From the NCBI GenBank assembly GCA_964634365.1, contig CAZWJU010000003.1, positions 36,890 through 100,889 on the forward strand: 64,000 nt of DNA. The letters are read 5' to 3'. Source of the DNA: an uncultured Candidatus Saccharibacteria bacterium (GTDB taxonomy: Bacteria > Patescibacteriota > Minisyncoccia > Phycocordibacterales > UBA9973). Each line of letters opens with the position of its first letter. Within the stretch, counting starts at the first letter, position 1. Shown in pieces: positions 10,008-18,308 of the stretch. Under the pieces are notes generated by a model. It made no database searches. It saw nothing but the letters and a program-made list of their open reading frames with translations, and was not told where the DNA came from. Both the position numbers and the translations under genes were made by a program.

Positions 10008-10328
10008 TTACATAAACACACTATCTATTGTGTTTATTTTATTATTTTCAACTATATATTTTATATATTCATTGAAAATATATCTTAAAAGAAAAGCAAA
10101 TATCATTATGGCAATCACCAAAACAAACTGCTTGTTATCAATAGTAGAATAGACAACATGAGCAATTTTTCTAGAGGCAAAAGCTAAGCACATCACTCCT
10201 GTTACGGTAAAAAATGGACTCCATATATCATTTGATTTACCAAGATACTCCCCTGCTAATGCGTAGAATATTCCAACAAAATACATGCATATATAAAATA
10301 CAAGAATCAAAAAACTAGGTAATTCCAT
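10008..10328 (-). CDS. Small hypothetical membrane protein
   Basis: 106 aa, three hydrophobic segments, flanked by hairpins. Confidence 0.55.
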   Translation of the reverse strand: MELPSFLILVFYICMYFVGIFYALAGEYLGKSNDIWSPFFTVTGVMCLAFASRKIAHVVYSTIDNKQFVLVIAIMIFAFLLRYIFNEYIKYIVENNKINTIDSVFM

Positions 10329-10417
10329 ATAGATGATTTTTCTAAATTGTACTACTTAATTAAAATATATCAACCAAAAATAAAAACCATCAATCTAGAC
10401 GGTTTTAAGAGTGCCTA

Positions 10418-10627
10418 CTATAAATTTTCCTCAACCTTCCCGGCAACACCGAAAGCTAAAACTAGCGAAAAAAGAACCTCACCAATCCTCATAACAAATC
10501 CAGTAAATTTAGTCATAGGGTGTCCGTATGCTGATTCAAAAAGGAGTGTAGTTGAAGCATGCAAAATTGATAAGACACAGAAAAAAACAAGTAGGAACAC
10601 AAGCAACAATATCAGGTTTTTAAACAT
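10418..10627 (-). CDS. Small two-TM hypothetical protein
   Basis: 69 aa, two hydrophobic helices, A-rich leader, downstream hairpin at about 10381-10407. Confidence 0.45.
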   Translation of the reverse strand: MFKNLILLLVFLLVFFCVLSILHASTTLLFESAYGHPMTKFTGFVMRIGEVLFSLVLAFGVAGKVEENL

Positions 10628-10740
10628 GTTTTATTTTTTGTTAAAATATCACACAAATATAAAAAGGTCAATTAATTGACCGTTGCAAAATAAGGCCTTT
10701 TGATATAAAATCGGTGGGTTATAAGTTACTAAATACTTTT

Positions 10741-11331
10741 ATGGCAATACTTGCATACAATGAAATTAAAGAGCGAAAAATTATAATCTGGAACGAAGAG
10801 CCGTTCGAGGTTCTAGAAAGCCACGTAGCTCGCACACAACAGCGCAAACCTCAAAACCAGGTGAAGATGCGCTCTCTTATAAATGGAAGAGCGGTAAATG
10901 AAACATTCCGATCTTCTGACACAGCAGAAGAAGCTGATTTGGAAAAGAGAGATATAAAATTTCTATACACAAACAAAGGCGAATTTTGGTTCTCTTCTCC
11001 AACAGATCCAAGCAATCGTTTTATGTTAGATGAAAAAATACTAGGCAGTAATGTAAAATTTCTAAAGCCAAATGAAAATGTAACTGCACTTGTATGGACA
11101 GACGAAGATGATGAAGAAAAAATAATCAGCATAAACCTACCTATCAAGATGACTTATGTGGTCAAAGAAGCTCCACCAGCAATCAAGGGCGACACTCGCA
11201 CTGGAGGAAACAAAGTTATCACTCTTGAAAATGGCGCTACTATAAACGCTCCCCTTTTTATTGCCGAAGGAGACAAGATAGTTGTGAACACTGAGACTGG
11301 TGAATATGTAGAGCGAGCGTCAGACAAATAA
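10741..11331 (+). CDS. efp: Elongation factor P
   Basis: QVKMRSLING...ETF, FLY, PPAIKGDT, LENGATINAPLFIAEGDKIVVNTETGEYVERA; start at MAILAY. Confidence 0.95.
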   Translation: MAILAYNEIKERKIIIWNEEPFEVLESHVARTQQRKPQNQVKMRSLINGRAVNETFRSSDTAEEADLEKRDIKFLYTNKGEFWFSSPTDPSNRFMLDEKILGSNVKFLKPNENVTALVWTDEDDEEKIISINLPIKMTYVVKEAPPAIKGDTRTGGNKVITLENGATINAPLFIAEGDKIVVNTETGEYVERASDK

Positions 11332-11373
11332 ATCAAGTATAAAGAAAACCCGCTGTTTAGCGGGTTTTTTGAT
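11326..11373 (+). repeat. 48-bp direct repeat copy 1 (efp stop codon plus terminator)
   Basis: AAATAAATCAAGTATAAAGAAAACCCGCTGTTTAGCGGGTTTTTTGAT, near-identical to 12522-12569. Confidence 0.9.
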
Positions 11374-11387
11374 ATGTTAAGGCTTTT

Positions 11388-11780
11388 TTATTCAAGCTTC
11401 TCTGGAAGTCCTTTTTCCTTCCAAACATTATCCCAATTAATTTCGGTCATAGCATTGTAATCAGAGGCAATGCGGTTTTTCATATTCCGGATACCACTGA
11501 TTTCCATGGCGAGATTGTCATATTCCTGACCCGAAGTTATGCCACCAGCTTTCAATGCATCCATACTGGACTGTGCATCAGCAAGTTGTTTTTCATACTG
11601 CTGGTACTGCTGGTACTTCTTGTGGAAGTCTTCGTACGTGTAGATGATATGATCGGAATTAAATACTTTTTTGTTTGCAACTTCATTTGCAGTGTTGCAA
11701 CTACGCACAACAATACTGAGTGCGGAGAGGGCGATTATTCCCAGAATAATCCACCCTGTGATTTTCCATCCGTTGTTCAT
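11388..11780 (-). CDS. Membrane-anchored helical hypothetical protein
   Basis: N-terminal TM or lipoprotein-like signal (VRSC), coiled-coil, C-terminal DYNA...GLPEKL; directly follows the upstream gene. Confidence 0.7.
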   Translation of the reverse strand: MNNGWKITGWIILGIIALSALSIVVRSCNTANEVANKKVFNSDHIIYTYEDFHKKYQQYQQYEKQLADAQSSMDALKAGGITSGQEYDNLAMEISGIRNMKNRIASDYNAMTEINWDNVWKEKGLPEKLE

Positions 11781-11781
11781 G

Positions 11782-12432
11782 TTATTGGTTTTCCTGATTT
11801 ATTGGTTCACTGATTTTGTTTACTTTTGCATTTTCAGACTGCTTTTTGAGCTCATTCAATCCATCAAGTAACATTTTTTTATCAGACTGATTCAGCTCAA
11901 TTGGCGCAACTTCAATTACAGGACGTTGTAGCCCAGAAAAAGAAAGCGGTACCTCTGAATAAATATAAGAGGAAAATCCTCCAAATTCAATCAGGCTACC
12001 AAGCGTAAGCATGCCAACCCTTGCTGGATCACTGGAACCATATGTCCCCATCTCATCAGGTGATGGTCCTAATTGGTTGGCTGAAGATATGCTCAAATAA
12101 TACTCTTCTTCTGGTCTAGTTAGACGTTTGCTCGTGCTTGCAAGTTTCCCAACAATTGTTACTTTAAGCCATGTACCATCCAACAGGACAATGTACAAAT
12201 AACTCATTTTATTAGGATCATTGAACCGAACGTTGCGTTCATTCAAAAGAAAGCGATCCATTGAAAAATCAATTGGTGTTCCGGGCTGATTAGACATCAA
12301 GGACTGAACATTTTCTTTCTTTTTATTGAAAGCTGCATTTTCTTGACTTTCATCGACACCACAATCACTTTCTGATGTGAGCAATACGAAAGCCAAACAG
12401 CATGTAAAAAAAATAGAGAACTTTTTCAACAT
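11782..12432 (-). CDS. Secreted or lipoprotein hypothetical protein
   Basis: Signal peptide then SESDC; motifs QPGTPIDFSMDR, GKLAS, PDEMGTYGSS; promoter TTGATT-N17-TATAAT at 12504-12532. Confidence 0.7.
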   Translation of the reverse strand: MLKKFSIFFTCCLAFVLLTSESDCGVDESQENAAFNKKKENVQSLMSNQPGTPIDFSMDRFLLNERNVRFNDPNKMSYLYIVLLDGTWLKVTIVGKLASTSKRLTRPEEEYYLSISSANQLGPSPDEMGTYGSSDPARVGMLTLGSLIEFGGFSSYIYSEVPLSFSGLQRPVIEVAPIELNQSDKKMLLDGLNELKKQSENAKVNKISEPINQENQ

Positions 12433-12521
12433 ATTATAGTTTTTTATAGAACTGGGTTACGACCCCAAAATACGCTCTTGGTTAATGTAACTAAGCTGGT
12501 GGTATTATACCATACAAACAT

Positions 12522-12569
12522 AAATAAATCAAGCATAAAGAAAACCCGCTAGTTTAGCGGGTTTTTGAT
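12522..12569 (+). repeat. 48-bp direct repeat copy 2 (terminator plus -35 element)
   Basis: AAATAAATCAAGCATAAAGAAAACCCGCTAGTTTAGCGGGTTTTTGAT. Confidence 0.9.
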
Positions 12570-14389
12570 TAGTTATTTTCAATAATATGATTTTTTTGAA
12601 TAATTTGATTATTTTTTTCAATAATTTGATAAGCCAGATTTTCATACTGCTTTTCCCAAAGCGATCGGTATAGACCGTCGGGTAAACTCATAAGTTCATT
12701 GTGAGTTCCCCGCTCATAGACCGTTCCTCCATCTATTACGATGATTTCATCGAGCTGTGCAACAGTAGTTAGCCTGTGAGCTATAACGAGCATAGTTTTG
12801 CCTACCATCTCACGAAGCACTGTTTGCACCTGACTCTCTGTTTCTGTGTCTAGTGCGCTTGTAGGTTCGTCGAGTATTAATATATCTGCGTTTTTCAAAA
12901 ATGCAGCAGCGATAGCAAGTCTCTGGCGTTGTCCACCGGAAAGCTTCACTCCTCTCTCGCCTACAAGCGTGTCATATCCTTTTTCTAATTTTTCGGTTAT
13001 AAAACCGTGACACGACGCACGCTTGGATGCTTCGATTATCTCTTCGAGTGTTGCTTCTGGTTTACCGAAAGAAATAATATCTCTAACTGTCCTGTGTGGA
13101 AAGTTAGGATCCTGAGGTACGTAAGATAAAGTTTTTCGTAACTCATCTTGCGCGATATCTCTGATATCTATTTTCCCAATACTGATAGATCCACATCCGG
13201 GTACTATATCAAACTGCCTGTTTAGAAGTCTGGTGATTGTAGTCTTGCCTGCACCTGTAGTACCGACAAAACCATATCTCTTGCCCGGAGCCAATTTTAA
13301 ATTCAAATGATTTAAAATTGGAGTATCTTTGCCTGGATAGCTAAACGAAACATCATTGAAATGTATTGTTCGATCTCCGTTTAAACTCTTGGGAGCCTCT
13401 GAATCTTGTATTGTAGGCTTCTGACTGAGCACATCTGCCATATCATAAGCATCAGCAAGTGATCTGCGAATATTTGTAATAGCTCGAGAAACTTGCCACA
13501 TATAGTTTGTAACAGTCACAATAAATGACTGAATTAAAACCACCGTGCCAACAGTGACTACACCCTGATGAGCTTTGTTGACTACTATGTACATAGAAAC
13601 AATCTCAAGAGCTATAACAAGCAAGGCTTGTATTGCATTTAACTTATTTCCGATAAGCCATGCCTTTACTCTGTGTTTGTATTCATCATGTGTAGTCTTT
13701 TTAAACTCTTCATGCTCGCGACCCTCGGCTGTATACGAATGAATCATATGCACAGACCCGACAATATCGCTCATGTGTCCAGTAGTAGCCGAGTCTGCAT
13801 CTGCAGATTTGAGATCATATGGTGTCCTAATTTTCGAAAAGATATAGGACATAAAACCAAATATGATTATCCAAACCACAAACACAAAACCGAGCGTTGG
13901 TAGTGTATTGAACACAACCACAAAAACACCTGCGAGAATTATAATTACCCTAAGTATGGTAAATGTAAATTCGTCAAAAAATGTTTCCGTCGTACCGGCA
14001 AACCTTCTAGATTTTGCCACAATCGAACCAACAAACGTAGACAGAAAAAAATCTGTGCTATGTTTTAATATTCCTCGTATAGCATAATCTTTTAGGAATT
14101 TTATAATCTTGGTCTCAGTCTGAACAATAAACCAGTCTCCTAGCCTATTGAATATCCATACGAATACTGTCGCGATAACTATATAACCAAAGAATACAAA
14201 TGGACTCCCTGTGTTTGTACTAAGAGAATCAAATATTGATCTCCAAAACAATGGCTTCAATATATAGTCAATAAATGTAGCCAGTCCGTAAAAAAGCATT
14301 GTTGCCAAGGCAATAGTGCGATACTCACGAAATGCCACTTTCCAGTGCCTCCATACAGGGGCAAAAAGATTCTTCTGTTTCTTCTGCAT
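12569..14389 (-). CDS. ABC exporter, fused TMD-NBD (MsbA/MdlB-like)
   Basis: Six TM helices, Walker A GTTGAGKTT, LSGGQRQR signature, ILILDEPTSALD, IAHRL. Confidence 0.93.
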   Translation of the reverse strand: MQKKQKNLFAPVWRHWKVAFREYRTIALATMLFYGLATFIDYILKPLFWRSIFDSLSTNTGSPFVFFGYIVIATVFVWIFNRLGDWFIVQTETKIIKFLKDYAIRGILKHSTDFFLSTFVGSIVAKSRRFAGTTETFFDEFTFTILRVIIILAGVFVVVFNTLPTLGFVFVVWIIIFGFMSYIFSKIRTPYDLKSADADSATTGHMSDIVGSVHMIHSYTAEGREHEEFKKTTHDEYKHRVKAWLIGNKLNAIQALLVIALEIVSMYIVVNKAHQGVVTVGTVVLIQSFIVTVTNYMWQVSRAITNIRRSLADAYDMADVLSQKPTIQDSEAPKSLNGDRTIHFNDVSFSYPGKDTPILNHLNLKLAPGKRYGFVGTTGAGKTTITRLLNRQFDIVPGCGSISIGKIDIRDIAQDELRKTLSYVPQDPNFPHRTVRDIISFGKPEATLEEIIEASKRASCHGFITEKLEKGYDTLVGERGVKLSGGQRQRLAIAAAFLKNADILILDEPTSALDTETESQVQTVLREMVGKTMLVIAHRLTTVAQLDEIIVIDGGTVYERGTHNELMSLPDGLYRSLWEKQYENLAYQIIEKNNQIIQKNHIIENN

Positions 14390-14476
14390 ATTTTATTTAT
14401 TTTTTGAATGAACAATTTTTTTTAAAACACCCTATTGGTTGCCCGATAGGATGTTTTAAACATTCAAGATAGATTC

Positions 14477-14620
14477 TTAAACCCTTTTAACATCCGACCG
14501 AGTCGGAAATGAGATATTTGAAACGACAGAATACACACGTTCAAAAACGATTGGTGTAGTTGCCCCACACTTGTGCGCGAGACTGATCCAAATATTTGAT
14601 TGTGTTTTTGTCATATTCAT
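14477..14620 (-). CDS. Putative 47-aa leader peptide upstream of the ABC exporter
   Basis: Translated by hand: MNMTKTQSNIWISLAHKCGATTPIVFERVYSVVSNISFPTRSDVKRV*. Begins just after TTGACA-N16-TAAGAT (14630-14657). Confidence 0.45.
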   Translation of the reverse strand: MNMTKTQSNIWISLAHKCGATTPIVFERVYSVVSNISFPTRSDVKRV

Positions 14621-14671
14621 AACACGTTTATCTTAGCATATTTATAGAAAATGTCAATCTGTAGCTTGTGG

Positions 14672-14711
14672 AAATAAAAAATACCCTGCACTCGCGGGGT
14701 ATTTTTTATTT
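14672..14711. terminator. Terminator of the rpsF-ssb-rpsR operon
   Basis: AAATAAAAAATACCCTGC-ACTC-GCGGGGTATTTTTTATTT. Confidence 0.85.
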
Positions 14712-14911
14712 TATTTTGCAATATAAGGCATCAAACCCATGAAGCGTGATTGCTTTATAGCCATAGCAAGCTTTCTTTGGTTCTTTGCTGTCATATTTGT
14801 CTTCTTGCGAGACAATATGCGTCCATTTGGATTCACAAACTTTTTCAAAACATCAACATCTTTGTAGTCGATATGTTTGATATTATTTGCTGAAAAATAA
14901 TCTTGTTTCAT
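14711..14911 (-). CDS. rpsR: 30S ribosomal protein bS18
   Basis: IDYKDVDVLKKF, GRILSR, QRKLAMAIKQSRFMGLMPY. Confidence 0.97.
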   Translation of the reverse strand: MKQDYFSANNIKHIDYKDVDVLKKFVNPNGRILSRKKTNMTAKNQRKLAMAIKQSRFMGLMPYIAK

Positions 14912-14964
14912 AATAATTAGGTTATAGGTTTCAGGTTATAGGGAAAAGTAAAAAAACTAATCCC

Positions 14965-15321
14965 CTAACTTTCTAATTTTTTAATAATTGTTGATAACAT
15001 TTTCTGAACTTCAATTAAAAGTTCTAAAGGTTTTTTGACTGAAATACTTGGGTATACTTTTTCTATGAGAAGCATTTGAGTTTCAAGCTCAGCACAAGAA
15101 CCATTTGCGATTTTCAAAAACTGAGAATAATCCTTCTTGGTCCCTCTCTTGTTGCCCTCGGCTATATTGCTAGGTATAGAAATAGCTGACCTGCGAATTT
15201 GAGAAACAAAGGAATAAGCTTCTTCTTTTGGAAGTAATCTGCTCAAAGAATAAACTTCTTCGGCAACTTGCATAGCTCTTTGCCATACAATTAAATCTTT
15301 AAAAGAAATTTTTTGTTCCAT
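14965..15321 (-). CDS. Four-helix-bundle protein (23S rRNA intervening-sequence protein / Avd-like family)
   Basis: FKDLIVWQRAM...LPKEEAY...SQIRRSAISIPSNIAEG...FLKIANGSCAELETQ. Confidence 0.92.
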   Translation of the reverse strand: MEQKISFKDLIVWQRAMQVAEEVYSLSRLLPKEEAYSFVSQIRRSAISIPSNIAEGNKRGTKKDYSQFLKIANGSCAELETQMLLIEKVYPSISVKKPLELLIEVQKMLSTIIKKLES

Positions 15322-15350
15322 ACTATCCCCTCTTCCCTTGTTACTATTCC

Positions 15351-15794
15351 CTAGAACGGTATATCTTCGGCATTTATGTCTTCAGACGGGTATTCGATTG
15401 TATCTATCCCACTACTGTCTTTTGAAGAGCCTTCTGATTTAGGAAAATCTGCAGCCCCTCCGCTAGATGTTCCCTTTGGACCAAATTGGAAATTTTCGAC
15501 AACTATTTCTGTGCGATATTTCTTTTGGCCATCTTGTTCCCAACTTCTTGTCTGTAGACGCCCGTCTACGTACAAAGAGTTTCCTTTTTTACAATACTGA
15601 GCTATTAGTTCAGCTGGTTTACCGAAAGCCACTAGATTGTGATATTCGGTAGAGTCTTGTTTTGCACCATTTGCATCCTTCCAAGATCTGTTTGTCGCAA
15701 GACTAAAGCTTGCAACTTTTACACCTGACGGAAGAGATTTTAGCTCTGGGTCTCTTGTTAGATTCCCTATGAGCATAGCTTTATTGAGATACAT
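15351..15794 (-). CDS. ssb: Single-stranded DNA-binding protein
   Basis: NKAMLIGNLTRDPE, GRLQTRSW, acidic tail EDIPF. Confidence 0.98.
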   Translation of the reverse strand: MYLNKAMLIGNLTRDPELKSLPSGVKVASFSLATNRSWKDANGAKQDSTEYHNLVAFGKPAELIAQYCKKGNSLYVDGRLQTRSWEQDGQKKYRTEIVVENFQFGPKGTSSGGAADFPKSEGSSKDSSGIDTIEYPSEDINAEDIPF

Positions 15795-15875
15795 AGTATT
15801 TTTTATATTTACTTAATAATTCGACGTAAACGTGATTTTCTATATTGTATAACAATTTACAAAACTTATCGTCTC

Positions 15876-16343
15876 TTATTCAGCACTAACCATCTTCTCA
15901 ATCTCTGCGTCTACTTCCTCTTTATTTATAGGAAGTTTTGCTTCTTCTTCGGCAGAACGATTTTTCTTCATAGAATCTTTACCGAAAGGCTTTTTTGATA
16001 TAAGAGTATTCTCGCGAATAGTCTTTATAGCCAAGAATCGTATTATCTCTTCGTTCAAAGCAAGAATTTTTGAAATCTCTTCAATCTTACTAGGATCAAG
16101 TTCGAACTTAACCCAACCAAAATATGCTTTAGTAAATTTCTCTTTCTTGTTTGCGATAGTGCGGTCCATTTTGTACGCAAGATCGATCAAACGAGGATGA
16201 TCTTCAGATATGAATACTCCACCTCTCTCAGTTACCAAATCTTTGATCGCAGTAACCTTTGATCCAAGTTGTTCCTCAGGAATATGAGGTACAAAAAGAT
16301 AAGATATCTCGTATATAGTTAATTTTTTTGTTTCGTTTTCCAT
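15876..16343 (-). CDS. rpsF: 30S ribosomal protein bS6
   Basis: YEISYL, LAYKM, IIRFL motifs; first gene of rpsF-ssb-rpsR. Confidence 0.88.
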   Translation of the reverse strand: MENETKKLTIYEISYLFVPHIPEEQLGSKVTAIKDLVTERGGVFISEDHPRLIDLAYKMDRTIANKKEKFTKAYFGWVKFELDPSKIEEISKILALNEEIIRFLAIKTIRENTLISKKPFGKDSMKKNRSAEEEAKLPINKEEVDAEIEKMVSAE

Positions 16344-16345
16344 AA

Positions 16346-16462
16346 TAAAAGCGCCTCTAAGGCGCCGAATTTAATTTCGTTAATAATCCCGCTTCGGCCT
16401 TGTCTAGACTTATATCTAGAACTGAGCCACAGCTTCAGAGAGCTGTGACTAACGGGATGTGC
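16346..16462 (-). promoter_or_regulatory. Structured rpsF leader (probable S6:S18 autoregulatory RNA)
   Basis: Outer stem ATCCCGTT/AGCGGGAT enclosing hairpins AGTCACAGCT..AGCTGTGGCT and TCTAGA..TCTAGA, then GCGCCT..AGGCGC next to the ATG; position matches known rpsF leaders. Confidence 0.55.
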
Positions 16463-16482
16463 CCATACTAGCAATATAAGGC

Positions 16483-17292
16483 CTAAAAATCAAGCTTAAA
16501 GAATCTTTTGGCGTTATTGATTAGCGAGATTCGAACTTCTTCCTCATCTAAGCCTTTGATACGTGCGATTGCCTTGTAAACCTCCTCTACCATCCACGGT
16601 TCGCAAGTCTTGCCTCTGTGAGGCACTGGTGCGGCATAGGGGGCATCTGTTTCGGCCATTATTGACTCTATAGGTAGAAAATTGATTGTCTCATCGTAGT
16701 CACCCGAGAAGGTTATCGGTCCATCGAAGCTCATTGTGTGCCCTGCCTCTAGAGCCCTTTTTGCAATATCTACATTCCCAACAAAAAAATGGAAATTTAC
16801 GGACAGATGATAGTTTTCAGGTGTCAGGTTAGAGTAAGAATCAAGAATATCTAAAACATCTTCGTATGCATCCATTGTTCCTTTTGATGGACGAGAGTGG
16901 ATCATAAGAGGCTTCCCTACCTTTACAGCGAGCTCAATATGTTTTTTGAAAATTTCTTTCTGCTTTTCTTTTATTTCTAACTCTTCCCTCTCACCTTTTC
17001 CCTCTAACCTAAAATAGTCTAAGCCTGTTTCCCCTATCGCCACAACTTTCGGATTTTGTGCGAGAATTTCCAACTCCTCACTCCACTCTTCTTCATGGTT
17101 TGGGTGTATTCCAACTGTAGCAAAAAAACCGTCATTTTTTTCTGCGATCTTTATTGCCTCTATACTTGTAGCAAGTTCTGTGCCCACTGTTATAGTCGCA
17201 ACTCCATTCTCTTTCATGCGCGAAATAACCTCACTTTGGTTTTCCAAAAGTGGTGAGAGGTTCAGATGTGAATGTATGTCGATGTATTTCAT
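16483..17292 (-). CDS. tatD: TatD-family nuclease
   Basis: IDIHSHL, GIHP, AIGETGLDY, ETDAPY. Confidence 0.95.
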   Translation of the reverse strand: MKYIDIHSHLNLSPLLENQSEVISRMKENGVATITVGTELATSIEAIKIAEKNDGFFATVGIHPNHEEEWSEELEILAQNPKVVAIGETGLDYFRLEGKGEREELEIKEKQKEIFKKHIELAVKVGKPLMIHSRPSKGTMDAYEDVLDILDSYSNLTPENYHLSVNFHFFVGNVDIAKRALEAGHTMSFDGPITFSGDYDETINFLPIESIMAETDAPYAAPVPHRGKTCEPWMVEEVYKAIARIKGLDEEEVRISLINNAKRFFKLDF

Positions 17293-17372
17293 AATAGTTT
17301 ATAGATTTTAGTTTAATGGTTTAGGAAAAATAAGGCAAATAAAAAACTCGGAACAAGTCCGAGTTTTTAAAT

Positions 17373-18263
17373 TTATACCTTTGTAACCTTTTTTGATTCT
17401 AAGCTATTTAATCTTCTAACTAATAACCACTGAAGAACTATGCCAAGCCCCACCGCTGCTGCAGATACCTGCCACAACGAGAACTGTGTGTAGATATTAT
17501 ACATCGCCATGTATAACAATCCTATTGTGGGATAAAAAATCACACTCATCCTTGTCTCAAAAAACTCACCATCTTTTATTACTATGGCGAGTATAAAAAA
17601 CAACGCACATGCAATATACAACAACCATGTTGTTGTTAAATATCTATAAAATGGCTCAGCTTGGAATGTTGCCGTGGCTAAAAAAATCAGAGTCATTAAT
17701 CCTAATAGAAATGACATAAGTAAATCCTGGGTATCAAATGCTTCATATATATAATTTTTCCTAACTGCGAGTATAGACCAGCAAGAAAAGAATACTATTG
17801 ATAGCAAAAGAATGAAATTTTCTGCTGCAAAAACATTTTTCACAGCCGTATGATCTTTTCCATAAATCTGTTTCTTCTCTTTATCGAGAATTAGGTCTCT
17901 TTTAGTTTCGGTTTTTTTAGCAATGAAACCAAAATTATTGAATTCTCTGGTTTTTAAAACCATTTCGAAGTCTTCCAGATAACCATCTTTATAGAGAGTA
18001 TTCATCTGGTTCCAATTCAAAGGCCAATTTGAGTTTTCGAGAGTAAAACTCTCGACGGTTGCAGTGAATGAACGGTGAAGAACACAATTATCTAAGGAGT
18101 CGCATTTTTTTTCATCAGTTTGAAAATTGTGTATATACCACACTTCATTTTCCACCCGCTTGATTTCAGTGCCTGTTTCTTCTGTGTGACGAATAACCTG
18201 AGCATTCAAGCAAGAAAATACTGCCAATATCGAAATGACAAAGAACATGATGATTTTTTTCAT
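17373..18263 (-). CDS. Hypothetical membrane protein (signal peptide, soluble domain, about 5 C-terminal TM helices)
   Basis: Signal peptide ending LNA-Q; hydrophobic C-terminal half; own terminator at 17341-17368. Confidence 0.65.
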   Translation of the reverse strand: MKKIIMFFVISILAVFSCLNAQVIRHTEETGTEIKRVENEVWYIHNFQTDEKKCDSLDNCVLHRSFTATVESFTLENSNWPLNWNQMNTLYKDGYLEDFEMVLKTREFNNFGFIAKKTETKRDLILDKEKKQIYGKDHTAVKNVFAAENFILLLSIVFFSCWSILAVRKNYIYEAFDTQDLLMSFLLGLMTLIFLATATFQAEPFYRYLTTTWLLYIACALFFILAIVIKDGEFFETRMSVIFYPTIGLLYMAMYNIYTQFSLWQVSAAAVGLGIVLQWLLVRRLNSLESKKVTKV

Positions 18264-18308
18264 GATTATCGGTTTTTGTTTATGCCGATACTACAATACT
18301 TATATATT

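Noticed and set aside
14965-15321. Diversity-generating retroelement (Avd-like gene)
   Set aside because: No reverse transcriptase and no TR/VR pair with adenine-specific mismatches was seen.
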